A stretch of DNA of 64,000 nt, from positions 5,408,001 through 5,472,000 of the forward strand of contig OY759599.1 in the NCBI GenBank assembly GCA_963662465.1, read 5' to 3'. Under the pieces are notes generated by a model. The model had not been told where the DNA came from, made no database searches, and saw only the letters and a program-made list of their open reading frames with translations. Below are positions 10,258 to 20,842 of the stretch, piece by piece. The DNA is from Desulfatiglandales bacterium (GTDB taxonomy: Bacteria; Desulfobacterota; DSM-4660; Desulfatiglandales; Desulfatiglandaceae). A program made the translations under genes and the position numbers. Positions within the stretch are counted from its first letter, which is position 1, and every line of letters starts with the position of its first letter.

Positions 10258-10412
10258 GGCTCATCGTGGATTCGCGTGAGATTTGGCTTCTGAGCCGATT
10301 GTAGGTGCGACTTCAGTCGCACATTAAGCCGACCCTGTGCGACTGAAGTCGCACCTACAGCCCGAACCGAAACAATCTCAAAGCACGATTTCACGTTAAT
10401 CCGCAATGAACC
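10258..10412. mobile_element. MITE copy 2 (155 bp) with REP doublet
   Basis: Same sequence as copy 3 apart from two substitutions; perfect 8-bp TSD TATTTTTT. Confidence 0.92.
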
Positions 10413-10435
10413 TATTTTTTTTCTTGCCGAGGTCC

Positions 10436-11200
10436 TTAATGTTGAACATATCCCAGTTCCGCTGAAATCCCCCGACCGGCGTCCTTCAGCATCTCAATCA
10501 ATTCCTTTTGCTCCTCTCTAAAGATTGCTTCTTTCGAACCAATCAATGAAATGGAGGCAATAACGAGCCCTTCGTGGTCAAAAATGGGGACCGCCAAAGC
10601 CGCAGTCCCCGTGTCTACTTCTGAATTACTCACGCTAAAGCCTTGTCTTCGAATGGATGCAAGCGCTTGTTTGAGTTCTTCCAGATCTGTAATGGTGTTT
10701 CTATTTAGTTTCGTAAGGCCTTTGCGCTGAATCATTTCGTGAAGGAACGTTTGACCTTTATAAGCGAGTACAGCCTTCCCCGGGGCGCCCGCATGAAGGG
10801 GAATCCTGGCGCCTTTCTTCATTGTCAGCTTAACCAGTCTTGGCGTTTCAACCGTATCCACACACAGGACATCCAAATCATCGCTTACGGTCAGGACAAC
10901 GGTTTCGCGAGAACGACCCGCAATGGATACCAGGTAGGGATGCACGATTTCAAGCAACGAGAAATTTTCGGATGCAAGAATCCCCAACTTGAAAATTTTG
11001 AAGCCGAGACAAAATTTATTGGTTTTTTCGTCTTTTGCGAGGATTTCATTTTGGATAAATACTTTCAGATAGTTATAGGTCGTACTCGAAGGGATACAGA
11101 GAAATTCTGAAATCTCCTGGGCCGATAGTTTCCGATGTCCCGAATCGAAAAGGGAGAGAATTTGAATCGCTTTTTCCAATGAACCAAATGATTTACTCAT
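10436..11200 (-). CDS. IclR-family transcriptional regulator
   Basis: N-terminal HTH (SLEKAIQILSLF..STTYNYL); IclR effector domain (PLHAGAPGKA, AVPIFD). Start at 11200 or 11221. Confidence 0.92.
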   Translation of the reverse strand: MSKSFGSLEKAIQILSLFDSGHRKLSAQEISEFLCIPSSTTYNYLKVFIQNEILAKDEKTNKFCLGFKIFKLGILASENFSLLEIVHPYLVSIAGRSRETVVLTVSDDLDVLCVDTVETPRLVKLTMKKGARIPLHAGAPGKAVLAYKGQTFLHEMIQRKGLTKLNRNTITDLEELKQALASIRRQGFSVSNSEVDTGTAALAVPIFDHEGLVIASISLIGSKEAIFREEQKELIEMLKDAGRGISAELGYVQH

Positions 11201-12779
11201 TGCAATGGGCGTCCTTGCCATAATGCCCTTTGAGTACCCTGTGGAGGATTTTGCCAGTGGCGGTCTTGGGCATTTCCGCTTCCCTTATGAAATCGATGTT
11301 TTTCGGCCGCTTGTATCCGGCAATCTTGTCGCGGGCAAAATTGATGATCTCCTGGGCCAGGGCTTCTCCCGCCCCATAACCATCATTCAGGACCACAACC
11401 GCCCTGATTTTTTCACCCCATTTTTCGTCGGGCACGCCGATCACCGCCACTTCCTTGACAGCCGCATGCTCACGAAGCACATTTTCCACTTCCGAAGGGT
11501 AAACGTTTTCACCACCGGTAATGATCATGTTCGCTTTCCGGTCCACCAGGGTGTAGTAGCCGTCTTCATCCCGCTTTGCCATATCTCCCGCGGAAAACCA
11601 CTCTCCTTCGAACGCTTTTTTTGTTTTCTCCGGGTCCTTCAGGTACTCTTTGAAAACGCAGGGGGCCCGGTAAAACAGTTCACCGACTTCGCCCTCCGGA
11701 ACCTCATTTCTATCCTCGTCAAGGAGTTTAATGCGGTCAGATCCGAAAATCTCCTTGCCGATGGAGCCCAGTTTCCTGAATTGATCTTCAGGTCTGAGCA
11801 GCGTTCCCAGGCCGCCTTCCGTACTCCCATAGGCTTCCCAAAGCTCCGCATTCTTGAAATAATCCATGATGGCCAGTTTCAGGTCTTTGCCGGCCGGCGC
11901 CGAAGAAACGAGCAGTTGCCTAATGGACGAAACATTCTTGCTTTTTTTGATTTCCTCCGGCAAATCCAGAATCATGCGGTAATGGGTCGGCACCAGAGAG
12001 GTGTAGGTGATTTGATATTTGTCAATGGTCGCCAGCAGATCTTCGGGATCAAAGCTTGTCATGTTGTAAACGAATACCGGCGCCGTCATTAAGGTATAGG
12101 GAAAAGAATATTGGATGGAATTCACATGACACATGGGCATCACGAGCATCACCTTGTCCGTGGGCCGTACGCCCATGTTGATATTGCTCAACAGGTAATG
12201 GGAGATATGGCTTTCGTGGGTTCGCACCACGCCCTTGGGTCGTCCCGTCGTCCCTGACGTGTACATGATGTTCCAGATATCATCCCCATCGATCAGCCGC
12301 TCCGGCTCATTGGGCGAGGATCTTGCCAGGAGTGCTTCATACCCGACATAGCCCTCCGGCACGGGACCCTCTCCCAAATAAATAAAGGCCTCCTTTGGAA
12401 CCCGCAGCTTGTCTTTAATGCGATCGATGAGCCCAACAAAAGGGGCTTCAACAATCATTGCCTTACATTCCGAATGATTGACGATGTATTCAATTTCAGG
12501 CCCCGCCAGACGGAACATGATGGGCGCCACCACCTGCCCGCCCTTGGCGCACCCGGCAAAGACATCCATCCATTCCCCTCGGTTGTAGGAAATGACGGCA
12601 AACGTGTCTTTATAGCCGACGCCCAGATTTTTCAAGCCGTTTGAAAAACAGCAGGCTCTCTTATTCCATTTTGAAAAGGTAAATTCCTTTGTTTTGTCCT
12701 GCCACCCCAACTTATCGGGATAGTTAAGGGCGTTCATTTTAAGGATGTCGCCCACATGCATCCACTTGCTGCGATTCAT
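11193..12779 (-). CDS. AMP-dependent acyl-CoA synthetase
   Basis: MYTSGTTGRPKG, YGSTE, AGD, DRKANMIITGGENVYPSEVE, PKTATGK. Confidence 0.95.
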   Translation of the reverse strand: MNRSKWMHVGDILKMNALNYPDKLGWQDKTKEFTFSKWNKRACCFSNGLKNLGVGYKDTFAVISYNRGEWMDVFAGCAKGGQVVAPIMFRLAGPEIEYIVNHSECKAMIVEAPFVGLIDRIKDKLRVPKEAFIYLGEGPVPEGYVGYEALLARSSPNEPERLIDGDDIWNIMYTSGTTGRPKGVVRTHESHISHYLLSNINMGVRPTDKVMLVMPMCHVNSIQYSFPYTLMTAPVFVYNMTSFDPEDLLATIDKYQITYTSLVPTHYRMILDLPEEIKKSKNVSSIRQLLVSSAPAGKDLKLAIMDYFKNAELWEAYGSTEGGLGTLLRPEDQFRKLGSIGKEIFGSDRIKLLDEDRNEVPEGEVGELFYRAPCVFKEYLKDPEKTKKAFEGEWFSAGDMAKRDEDGYYTLVDRKANMIITGGENVYPSEVENVLREHAAVKEVAVIGVPDEKWGEKIRAVVVLNDGYGAGEALAQEIINFARDKIAGYKRPKNIDFIREAEMPKTATGKILHRVLKGHYGKDAHCNE

Positions 12780-12808
12780 ACCGAAAAATCCTCTCTATTT
12801 TAAGCCTG

Positions 12809-13747
12809 TCAATTGCCTAGATATTTGTCTTCCACCGCCTTCACCAGGTTCGCCATGGTGGCATAACATGGGGTGGGAACACCTGTTTCTCTTCCGTATT
12901 CAACGACCTTTCCACCCAGGTAATCGATTTCGGTCCGTGTTTTATGGGCAACATCAAAACACATGGAATCTTTATGGATTCCCACCTTTTCAAGATAACC
13001 CAACGCCTGGACAAGGTAATCCTCTCCGAGATCATATCCTTTTGCTTTGGCCACCGCCAGGGCTTCCTGGAAGCAGGCATCGGCAATTTCCCGGGTGGGA
13101 GGAAAGGTCAAGGCCTCCTTGATGGTTTTGTCCGTGACGGCGCAAATGGAGGCCATAGTGCATTTCATAATCATCTTTTTCCAGACATACAGTTTAATGT
13201 CATCCACAAATTCCGTGTCCAAACCTCCCGCGGAGAACAGGTCCGCGATTTTTAGACCCATCTCCCGGTTTTCGGGGATTAAGGCGCCCAGGTGATTGGG
13301 CCGATTGAAAAAGGCCATTTCAACTTCGTACGGCCCTTTCAATGAAACGCCGAAATTGAGCGACATCCGAAATGCCGCCCCGGCTCCGAACGCTTCTGCA
13401 ATGAGATCTTCCGTCCCCAGTCCGTTATGGGTGCTGATAATTTTGGTTCCATCCTCGAATACCGTCTTCAACGCCTCCAGAACCGAAGGCAGATGGAAGG
13501 TCTTGGTGGAAACAAATATCACATTGGGACGGCGTTCTTTCATCTCTTCAATCCGCTCAAAAAAATGACGAACCGGCACATGGCACGTGAGTTCACCTGA
13601 AATCTTCAGCCCATTTTTACGAACTTCTTCTCCCAGGCCGGGCCTGGGGTCCACCAGCATGGTCTCCGGATCCTGTTTGAGCAGGGCCGCAGCCAACACA
13701 GCCCCCGTTGCACCAATACCAACCACGGCAACTCTAAGATCATCCAT
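12809..13747 (-). CDS. panE: 2-dehydropantoate 2-reductase (ApbA/PanE family)
   Basis: GIGATG, HNGLG, WKK, SMCFD..RTEIDYLGG. Confidence 0.85.
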   Translation of the reverse strand: MDDLRVAVVGIGATGAVLAAALLKQDPETMLVDPRPGLGEEVRKNGLKISGELTCHVPVRHFFERIEEMKERRPNVIFVSTKTFHLPSVLEALKTVFEDGTKIISTHNGLGTEDLIAEAFGAGAAFRMSLNFGVSLKGPYEVEMAFFNRPNHLGALIPENREMGLKIADLFSAGGLDTEFVDDIKLYVWKKMIMKCTMASICAVTDKTIKEALTFPPTREIADACFQEALAVAKAKGYDLGEDYLVQALGYLEKVGIHKDSMCFDVAHKTRTEIDYLGGKVVEYGRETGVPTPCYATMANLVKAVEDKYLGN

Positions 13748-13912
13748 CGTTAATACCGCCTTTCATTTAATAATTCTTATATTACAAGAGCGCATTCCTA
13801 CTATGCGGGATGATAGAAGGATGATTTTCGGAAGTCAAGAAAGTTTCTTGAAAATGGCATGCGTCTTTTTTTCAGATAGGTCGGAAACGCTTAAACGGTA
13901 AGCTTATGGAAA

Positions 13913-15175
13913 TCACACCGTAACCATCAAATCTTTTGAAATCGTCATATGAAAGGTTGCTCCTTGGGTTGTTTCAGGATCAACCCACACCCGCCCGCCA
14001 TGCCTTTCCGCCACCTCTTTGATGATGGCGAGCCCCAGACCGGATCCGGATATCCCTTTGGAACTTCCGTTTCTCTGAAAACGATCGAAAATTTTCTCCC
14101 TGCTTTTTTTCTTGATGCCCACACCATCGTCGCTGAACGAAAATACATGGAATTTGGGATCCTCTCGATATCCGATCTTAATATTGGCAAGATTTTCTCC
14201 ACCGTATTTTAGCGCATTATCCACAAAATTTCTGAACACCCTTGAAACAGCAATTTTGTCCGCAACAATTTCAGGGAAATCTTCCGCTTCCCGCCACCTG
14301 ATGCCCCGCTCCTTGAGCAAGGAGGAAACCTCTTTTTTGATCCCTTCCGTGATCTCCTTGATTTGAATTTTTTCGAAATTCATTGGCGTTTCCTTGGTGG
14401 CAATAAATGAGTTGAGCTTTTCCACCAGCAACACCATCTGTTTGGAAGTCTTCAGGATTTGATTGCAATAGGCTTGACCCCGTTCATCCAACTGTTCACC
14501 GTATTTTTTCTGAAGAAGGCGGGTCAGGCCGTAAACGCCAATGGCCGGACTTTTTAAATCATGGGCAATGGAGTAGGTAAAAAACTTTATGGTATTTTGT
14601 TTTTCTTTGAGTATTTTGACGTTGTTTTTCAGATCGCCATAAAGCTTGGCGTTATTTGCCGCAACCGCCAATTGGTGGCCTACGGTTGTAAGAAGATCGA
14701 TTTCATCCTGATCCAGATGGACCATTTCACTGCTTGCCACGTTCATAACCCCCTCCACCTTGTTCCTGGAAATCAATGGCACGCAAATGTCGATCAAAAG
14801 CCCTCTATCCGCAAGCAACGCCGCTCTTTGTCGGTCTTCCAATTGTGAAACATACTGGGCAATGAAAGATTTGGTTCTGGCGGATTTACCGGTAAAACCT
14901 TCATCGATACGCACTTTTTCAAGACCCGCTATTTCTATTCCCCGATAAGCGGCAAGCGATAACGATTTACCACCCTTATCCATCAAATAGATTCTTCCGA
15001 ATTTGAGGCCAAAATGTTCCAACACCATGGAGAGGGCGCCTTCCAGAAGCACTTTGGGTTCCATAGGGGTCGCCAGGAAGTTACTCATTTCAATCAAAAA
15101 GGAAAGCGCTCTGTTTCTTTGCTTTAACTTCGGCGTATTTAACTTTATGGATATGTATTTTTTGTCATGCAGCAT
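13913..15175 (-). CDS. GAF-domain sensor histidine kinase
   Basis: GAF region; H-box AHDLKSP; N-box NFVDNALKY; DDGVGI; GSGLGL. Confidence 0.92.
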   Translation of the reverse strand: MLHDKKYISIKLNTPKLKQRNRALSFLIEMSNFLATPMEPKVLLEGALSMVLEHFGLKFGRIYLMDKGGKSLSLAAYRGIEIAGLEKVRIDEGFTGKSARTKSFIAQYVSQLEDRQRAALLADRGLLIDICVPLISRNKVEGVMNVASSEMVHLDQDEIDLLTTVGHQLAVAANNAKLYGDLKNNVKILKEKQNTIKFFTYSIAHDLKSPAIGVYGLTRLLQKKYGEQLDERGQAYCNQILKTSKQMVLLVEKLNSFIATKETPMNFEKIQIKEITEGIKKEVSSLLKERGIRWREAEDFPEIVADKIAVSRVFRNFVDNALKYGGENLANIKIGYREDPKFHVFSFSDDGVGIKKKSREKIFDRFQRNGSSKGISGSGLGLAIIKEVAERHGGRVWVDPETTQGATFHMTISKDLMVTV

Positions 15176-15225
15176 AAAATGACCTCACACTGGTCTCATT
15201 ATCCGGCAACCTGACGCTCATTTAT

Positions 15226-16125
15226 TTAATCCACAACCCAAATTGCCTGATTCTTTGCAAAATTAATCAGTTTGTTGCTGACGCGTCCCATAAGAAAATC
15301 TCTTACCCTGGAAAGCCCCCTTCTCCCCACAACAATGGTCCCATACCCGCCATCCCTGGCTTCCTGAGCCACGGCAGCAGCACGGCTTCGCACACCCGTG
15401 ATAATTTTGGTGGTGATCCGATCCGGATCAAACCCTGAAGCGATCAAAACGCCCCTCGCTTCATCAAACACCCCATTCATATCCATTTTACCCGCGTTCA
15501 CATATTCCGGGTTATCACCTCTGATCACATGGATGAATCTCGCCTCAAAACCGGATGCGCCTAACAAATTTCCCACATAGTCGACAGCGCGCATGGCGTT
15601 TTCCGAACCGTCCAGAGCCAGAAGCACCGATCCTGCCGCGGGTTTCTTTCCGACTACCAGAATTGGAACAAAAGAAATTTTTCCAATGAGCTTTGTTGCA
15701 ATACTTCCCAACACAAGATCTTTCAGGTTGCTCATTCCTTTTCTGCCCACCAAAACACCATTATAATCCCGTTCCGCCTCTTTTGCAATATCTCGGGCAA
15801 ACCCCCGTTTTCGATTGTGGATTTTCGTTGTCACGGATTCCTTGGGAAAACCGGCGCGCCAGAGGATTTTCTCCGCTTTTTGCATATATTTCTGAATGGT
15901 TTTTTCCCGTTCCTTGTCCCAGGCTCTGGCTTCACTCATCCGCCATGCCGCCGAACTGTTCTTTTCAAGATCCCAATAGCTTTCGGGTATTTTACTATGG
16001 ACGTTGAACAACACCATCTCCATTTCTTTAAATGTCGGAATTCTACCGACATACCTGACGATTTCCAGAGCATTTTCAGAGCCATCCACAGCCAACAACA
16101 TTTTCTTTTTGGACTGTTCCGTCAT
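15226..16125 (-). CDS. Tandem-domain universal stress protein
   Basis: Two repeats of LLAxDGSENA ... VGRxG...GxxxxK. Confidence 0.9.
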   Translation of the reverse strand: MTEQSKKKMLLAVDGSENALEIVRYVGRIPTFKEMEMVLFNVHSKIPESYWDLEKNSSAAWRMSEARAWDKEREKTIQKYMQKAEKILWRAGFPKESVTTKIHNRKRGFARDIAKEAERDYNGVLVGRKGMSNLKDLVLGSIATKLIGKISFVPILVVGKKPAAGSVLLALDGSENAMRAVDYVGNLLGASGFEARFIHVIRGDNPEYVNAGKMDMNGVFDEARGVLIASGFDPDRITTKIITGVRSRAAAVAQEARDGGYGTIVVGRRGLSRVRDFLMGRVSNKLINFAKNQAIWVVD

Positions 16126-16249
16126 TATTAATCCTCCCTAAGGCGGCAAGCCGAAGTTTTAAGTTTTCCTGAGAATGATTTTCTTGTTTTTTCTAGTTGT
16201 TCCTTGATTGCCATAAGATGCGGTCGATCACCGACCATACATTGCAGAA

Positions 16250-16265
16250 AGCACAGAGTATGCCA
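16250..16265 (-). promoter_or_regulatory. Putative sigma-54 promoter for the tandem USP gene
   Basis: Minus strand TGGCATACTCTGTGCT (GG-N10-GC). Confidence 0.55.
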
Positions 16266-16592
16266 TTTTTTTAATGCAGATGGAGAATGCATGAGAGATA
16301 AGTCTGATAAACAATAACGCCCTTTTAACAAGGCAATCGGTTTCGAAATATTCCGAAATTCTCCTTCCAAAATTTCACCATCACGGGAATGTCCGGAAAA
16401 GGTGAGCGGGTCGATTTCCTATATTGGCAGGTATTTAAAACATGAAACTTTACAACCTGTAAAAGCCTCCGACAGTTCGGTTGCCCCATTGAACGATCTA
16501 AAACCATGGATAAAAAGGGATAACTGGATTGCGATACAAGAAAACAGCGGGTCTTTGGCCTTTTATATTTGAGATCCCCCGTTGCGTTTCCA

Positions 16593-16608
16593 TGGCACAC
16601 TTTATGCT
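16593..16608 (+). promoter_or_regulatory. Putative sigma-54 promoter for the single-domain USP gene
   Basis: TGGCACACTTTATGCT (GG-N10-GC), 53 nt before the ATG. Confidence 0.6.
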
Positions 16609-16661
16609 GAAAATCAAATTATCTTTCATTTCTTTGAACATAAAACAGGAGGCGTCAAGAA

Positions 16662-17117
16662 ATGGTAAAAATACAAAAAATTCTGTTTCCCGTTGATTTA
16701 ACAGCTAATTCATCAAAAGTCTTTCCCTATGCGGTGTCCCTTGCTGAAAAATATGGCGGCAACATTTTACTCCTTAACGTTGTCGAGGATCTTGGGAAAT
16801 GGGGTGGCGGCATTTATATCCCCCATATTCCCCTGGAACAGTACCAGGAAGATGCCCTTAAGGGTGCTGAGAAGGCCCTTGACAAAGTTTGCGAGGAACA
16901 GTTGCAGGGCTACCGTAACTTTCAAAAAATGATCGTTTACGGCGATCCAGCCCAGGAAATACTAAAAGCCATTGACTCTGAAGAAATTGACCTGGTGGTG
17001 ATGGGAACGCACGGCAGAAAGGGATTGGAGAATGTTCTTTTCGGAAGTGTAGCTCGAAATGTGGTCAAAAGGTCTTCGGTTCCCGTATTGACGGTTAATC
17101 CTTACAAAGTTAAATGA
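16662..17117 (+). CDS. Universal stress protein (UspA family)
   Basis: ILFPVD, DLVVMGTHGRKG, FGSVA..VPVLTV; AGGAGG RBS. Confidence 0.93.
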   Translation: MVKIQKILFPVDLTANSSKVFPYAVSLAEKYGGNILLLNVVEDLGKWGGGIYIPHIPLEQYQEDALKGAEKALDKVCEEQLQGYRNFQKMIVYGDPAQEILKAIDSEEIDLVVMGTHGRKGLENVLFGSVARNVVKRSSVPVLTVNPYKVK

Positions 17118-17297
17118 GTTCGGTAAGAGGGGCTCTTTGCGCTTGATACTTTTACGAGGGATGCCCGTGCCCGGGTTTTCGCTTATTCTCTGATTAAGTT
17201 TGAAATATCCGACTAATTTTGCTACTTTTCCAAGGTAAACCCTCATGGCAAGGGGGTTTGCCACCCCCTCGCATGAAAATGACATCTACCGCTTTTA

Positions 17298-17339
17298 AGC
17301 TAACAGCTAACAGCTAATAGCTAACAGCTAACAGCTAAC
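17298..17339. repeat. Heptamer tandem array (AGCTAAY)x6
   Basis: agctaac agctaac agctaat agctaac agctaac agctaac. Confidence 0.9.
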
Positions 17340-17351
17340 TGCTGCATTTTC

Positions 17352-20300
17352 ATGGTAAGGGATTGTGCATATGGACGATTCCATTTCCCATCAACCTATC
17401 GCCGACAAGGGATGCCCATGTTCCTTTTTGACCATCGGGACCGACAACTGCTGCACATTGTCAACGAGGTGCTGGGAAAGGACCCGTCCCGCCAATATCG
17501 ACGGGAACTGATCTATCCTTATCTCCATCCACGCGGCATCAAAGAACTTTCCGAATCCAAAGGCCTCCGCATCGCCTTTGCCGTTATCCATCTGCTGGAG
17601 TCCCTTCAAGCGGGTGGCGTGGATGACCGGTTAAATGCCCTCAGATCCCTGAGGGACGAAGTCCTTCTAACCGCCGCGGGCCCCATTCCCAAGAACACCG
17701 CGAGGGTCCTTCTCCAGATCATGAAAGAACTGGTGCGGGCTCACGGCGATGAACAGCGCCAACTTGAGCTGGCCCACGATTTCAGGTCTTGCGTACCCGG
17801 AAATCCCCGCATTACTCGCGCACAGCTCGATCGTTATCATCTCCTGGAAATGCCGGAAGAGTGGAACCAGATTTCTTTCGACGACCATGTTCATGATGTC
17901 AACACAAAGGGCCGCAAATCCTCGTGCCACCTTATCATGGATGCCTGGATCAAAGGGATCAGGCGCCTGAGGGTGATTTATTACAACTGCCTGGAGGCCA
18001 GGTTTGCCGTTGAACTCCTGGAGGCGGCGGATATCATGGGCATTGAAATTCGGATCGGGATTGAGTTTTACACCAGATTCCGCAACCGGTATGTTCAGTT
18101 GATCTGGGTGCCTCGGGGATTTTCGGATGCACAGGACTTTTTGTGTTTCCTTGAGGAAGAACCGGTTGCCGCGCTCATGACTGAAGGGAAGAAGGTTTGC
18201 GACTACCAGAAGGGACATGTCCTATCCATATTGGAAGCATTCAACAATACACATGGCCCTGCCATCCGGAAGGCACTGGGTTTTGATGTGCCCCTTCTGG
18301 ATAGATCCGAATTTCTCTCCTTCGTGGGTACGGGACAGCCCTCTCTTCTTCATCTGGCGGAGTTCGCCTATGCCAAAATACTGCCCTCCATGGCGGCCCG
18401 GGTGAAAATCCTGCGGGACCGCTATCCTGAAGCCAAACACGAAGAACGTCTTAAAATTGCGCGACTGGTACAAACCATGAACCGGCTGAATTCAGATGAC
18501 ATTCTGGAACGGTTCCTGGCGCCCCAAAAAAACCCCGAAATTCCTGATCCCTATACGCCGCAACAGGGTCTGGAAGTTCCCGGAATGCTAAAATTTTCGC
18601 CGAAAGAAATTATTGTTCTGCTGGCAAAGCTCCATCTGGGCTACCGGATCACCCTGAATCTCAGCAACCTGTCCGTGGAAGACGTGCTTGAACTGCTCTA
18701 TGATTGTGAAGGCATGATCAACCGACTTGAAATTTTCAACCTCAAGGACTATGCGGCGGGAAAAACCGGTCAAATCGCCGACATCAGCAGGCTCCAGCAG
18801 GCCATCAATCTGGGCAATGTGATTCAGTTGAAAAGGCTGATTCGAAACATCATTTCAAAGCTGGCAACATCGGGCGATGATCAGCAGAAAGACCGGACTG
18901 AAAAGCTTTCCAATATCCTGCACGATATCGCCACGCTGAGAGATTTTTACAAGGGTTCCCCCCTGAAAGCCAGAATCGGGAGTGATTCCACGGGACGAAG
19001 CCCCCGGGTACACGGCATGGGCCTGGCCATTGAAAATACCCTTCCCCGCCGAGCTCAAAAGGCCATTCGACGCCCCAACACTTCCCGTGACAAAATTCCC
19101 ATTAACATTCGGGCTCTGAAACGCACAACCATTCACCCGAAACTCGGCCCCACGCCCTTTGCCAAAACCCTTTACCAATGGATTCGTCGTATTCCCGTCA
19201 TGGAATTCATGGGAAACCGAAAAACCCATGACTGGGTTATTGAGCAGGAATCCATCCGAGCGGTGCCGCATGGCAACGTGATCACCCTTGGGGGGGTTCA
19301 AAAACATGCCGACAATGGTTTTTCACTTGACGCCCCCACCGTTCGCCAAAAGCCCCGCCGTTTTTCCTGGCATTATCTCAATACGGGGCTTAAAAATATA
19401 TTAAAGGTCTTTATCGGCTTTGTGCCGGCTTTCGCCACCTTCGCTCTAACCAAAGACTGGTGGTTTCTGGCCTATTTCGGCGCTTTTATCTGGTTCGGCA
19501 TTACGGGCTTGCGTAACATCCTCCAGTCGGTACTGGGAGGCGGGGGCATCCGGCGTTCACCCCTGCTCCGATGGAATGACTATGTGAAATGGGAGCGCTT
19601 AGCGGATTCTCTTCTCTTTACGGGTTTTTCCGTGCCACTTCTGGATTATATCGCCAAAACCCTGGTTTTAAAAGAGGGGTTCGGGATCACCACCGCATCC
19701 AACCCCGTAGCCCTCTACGGCTTCATGGCGCTGACCAATGGTTTGTACCTGTGCAGCCATAATATTTTCAGAGGGTTGCCTAAAGGAGCGGTCTACGGCA
19801 ACTTGTTTCGAAGCATTTTGAGCATCCCCGTGGCCCTTTTTTTCAATTGGACAACCGGCGGCATTCTGGTTTCCCTTCAGGTTCCGGGTGTTGAAAACAT
19901 CCTTCAGAAATGGGCTGCGGTCATCTCAAAAACTGCATCCGACCTCGTGGCCGGCATTATTGAGGGGCTGGCGGATCGATACCAGAACATCCGGACACGT
20001 ATTCGGGACTACCGCACCAAACTCGATCAGATATTTGAAACCTATGCCAGGCTGGAACTCCTGTTTCCCGAAATAAAAACCATGGAAATATTGAAATCTC
20101 CCGACAAACTAAGCGCTGCAAAAAGCGGTGAAGCACGGGATCTCGAAAAAGTTATCATCATCTCCGCACTGGATCTCCTCTATTTCTGGATGTATCAGCC
20201 TCGCGCCGAGAGCGCTCTGCGACTGCTCATGAGATCGCTCTCCCATGAGGAACGCCTGATCCTGGGTGGAAGCCAACAGATTCTGACCCAGCAAAAGAAA

Positions 20301-20426
20301 ATCAGCTTACTGATCGTCGGAGGTCTGGTAGGAAAAGACTTCTCTAAAGCGCTCTCCTTTTACCTGGATCGGTTTCCCGGATATCTGGATGTTCTTGAAA
20401 GAATGGCGAAAAAAATGGGGAAGTAA
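17352..20426 (+). CDS. Large uncharacterised protein with a PHP-like metal-binding region and a C-terminal multi-pass membrane region (start may be 17412 or 17418)
   Basis: 1024-aa ORF; DDHVHD, IGIEF, IGSDS motifs; several hydrophobic helices after about aa 680. Confidence 0.75.
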   Translation: MVRDCAYGRFHFPSTYRRQGMPMFLFDHRDRQLLHIVNEVLGKDPSRQYRRELIYPYLHPRGIKELSESKGLRIAFAVIHLLESLQAGGVDDRLNALRSLRDEVLLTAAGPIPKNTARVLLQIMKELVRAHGDEQRQLELAHDFRSCVPGNPRITRAQLDRYHLLEMPEEWNQISFDDHVHDVNTKGRKSSCHLIMDAWIKGIRRLRVIYYNCLEARFAVELLEAADIMGIEIRIGIEFYTRFRNRYVQLIWVPRGFSDAQDFLCFLEEEPVAALMTEGKKVCDYQKGHVLSILEAFNNTHGPAIRKALGFDVPLLDRSEFLSFVGTGQPSLLHLAEFAYAKILPSMAARVKILRDRYPEAKHEERLKIARLVQTMNRLNSDDILERFLAPQKNPEIPDPYTPQQGLEVPGMLKFSPKEIIVLLAKLHLGYRITLNLSNLSVEDVLELLYDCEGMINRLEIFNLKDYAAGKTGQIADISRLQQAINLGNVIQLKRLIRNIISKLATSGDDQQKDRTEKLSNILHDIATLRDFYKGSPLKARIGSDSTGRSPRVHGMGLAIENTLPRRAQKAIRRPNTSRDKIPINIRALKRTTIHPKLGPTPFAKTLYQWIRRIPVMEFMGNRKTHDWVIEQESIRAVPHGNVITLGGVQKHADNGFSLDAPTVRQKPRRFSWHYLNTGLKNILKVFIGFVPAFATFALTKDWWFLAYFGAFIWFGITGLRNILQSVLGGGGIRRSPLLRWNDYVKWERLADSLLFTGFSVPLLDYIAKTLVLKEGFGITTASNPVALYGFMALTNGLYLCSHNIFRGLPKGAVYGNLFRSILSIPVALFFNWTTGGILVSLQVPGVENILQKWAAVISKTASDLVAGIIEGLADRYQNIRTRIRDYRTKLDQIFETYARLELLFPEIKTMEILKSPDKLSAAKSGEARDLEKVIIISALDLLYFWMYQPRAESALRLLMRSLSHEERLILGGSQQILTQQKKISLLIVGGLVGKDFSKALSFYLDRFPGYLDVLERMAKKMGK

Positions 20427-20531
20427 AAAAGTCCGAAGCAAGCAGGACTCTCAAAAAGCGTTCCATTTAAAATACTGAAATTAAAAGCAGGTGGAAAGAA
20501 TATTTCAGAAATCCGCAGCTTGATAGATGGA

Positions 20532-20623
20532 TGGCGGAGGGTCAGAGATTCGAACTCTGGAACCAACTTTCGCCAGTTACTCCCTTAGCAGGGGAGCGCC
20601 TTCGGCCACTCGGCCAACCCTCC
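20532..20623 (-). tRNA. tRNA-Ser(GCT)
   Basis: GGAGGGT...ACCCTCCGCCA; anticodon arm CTCCC-CT-GCT-AA-GGGAG; long variable arm; GTTCGAATC. Confidence 0.95.
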
Positions 20624-20741
20624 ATAATAATCCATCCCCTTAAAACACCACAATCAATGCATTTTTCCGGCAAGCGGAGAAAGAATTTTTTATTTATTCG
20701 CCCTTATACCCTAAAAAAAAACGTTTTGCAAGCACATGTTG

Positions 20742-20827
20742 TGGCGGAGGGAGTAGGATTCGAACCCACGGAACTTTCGTTCAACGGTTTTCAAGACCGC
20801 CGCCTTCAACCACTCGGCCATCCCTCC
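20742..20827 (-). tRNA. tRNA-Ser(TGA)
   Basis: GGAGGGA...TCCCTCCGCCA; anticodon arm GCGGT-CT-TGA-AA-ACCGT; variable arm; GTTCGAATC. Confidence 0.95.
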
Positions 20828-20842
20828 GGTTTAAAAAATTAA

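Noticed and set aside
16380..16490. Possible c-di-GMP riboswitch
   Set aside because: Core GGCAAAC..GAAA..GACGCAAAGC motif not found; an Rfam scan would be needed
20531..20842. 103-aa ORF, and likewise ORF 22080-22571
   Set aside because: They overlap tRNA genes and are spurious translations
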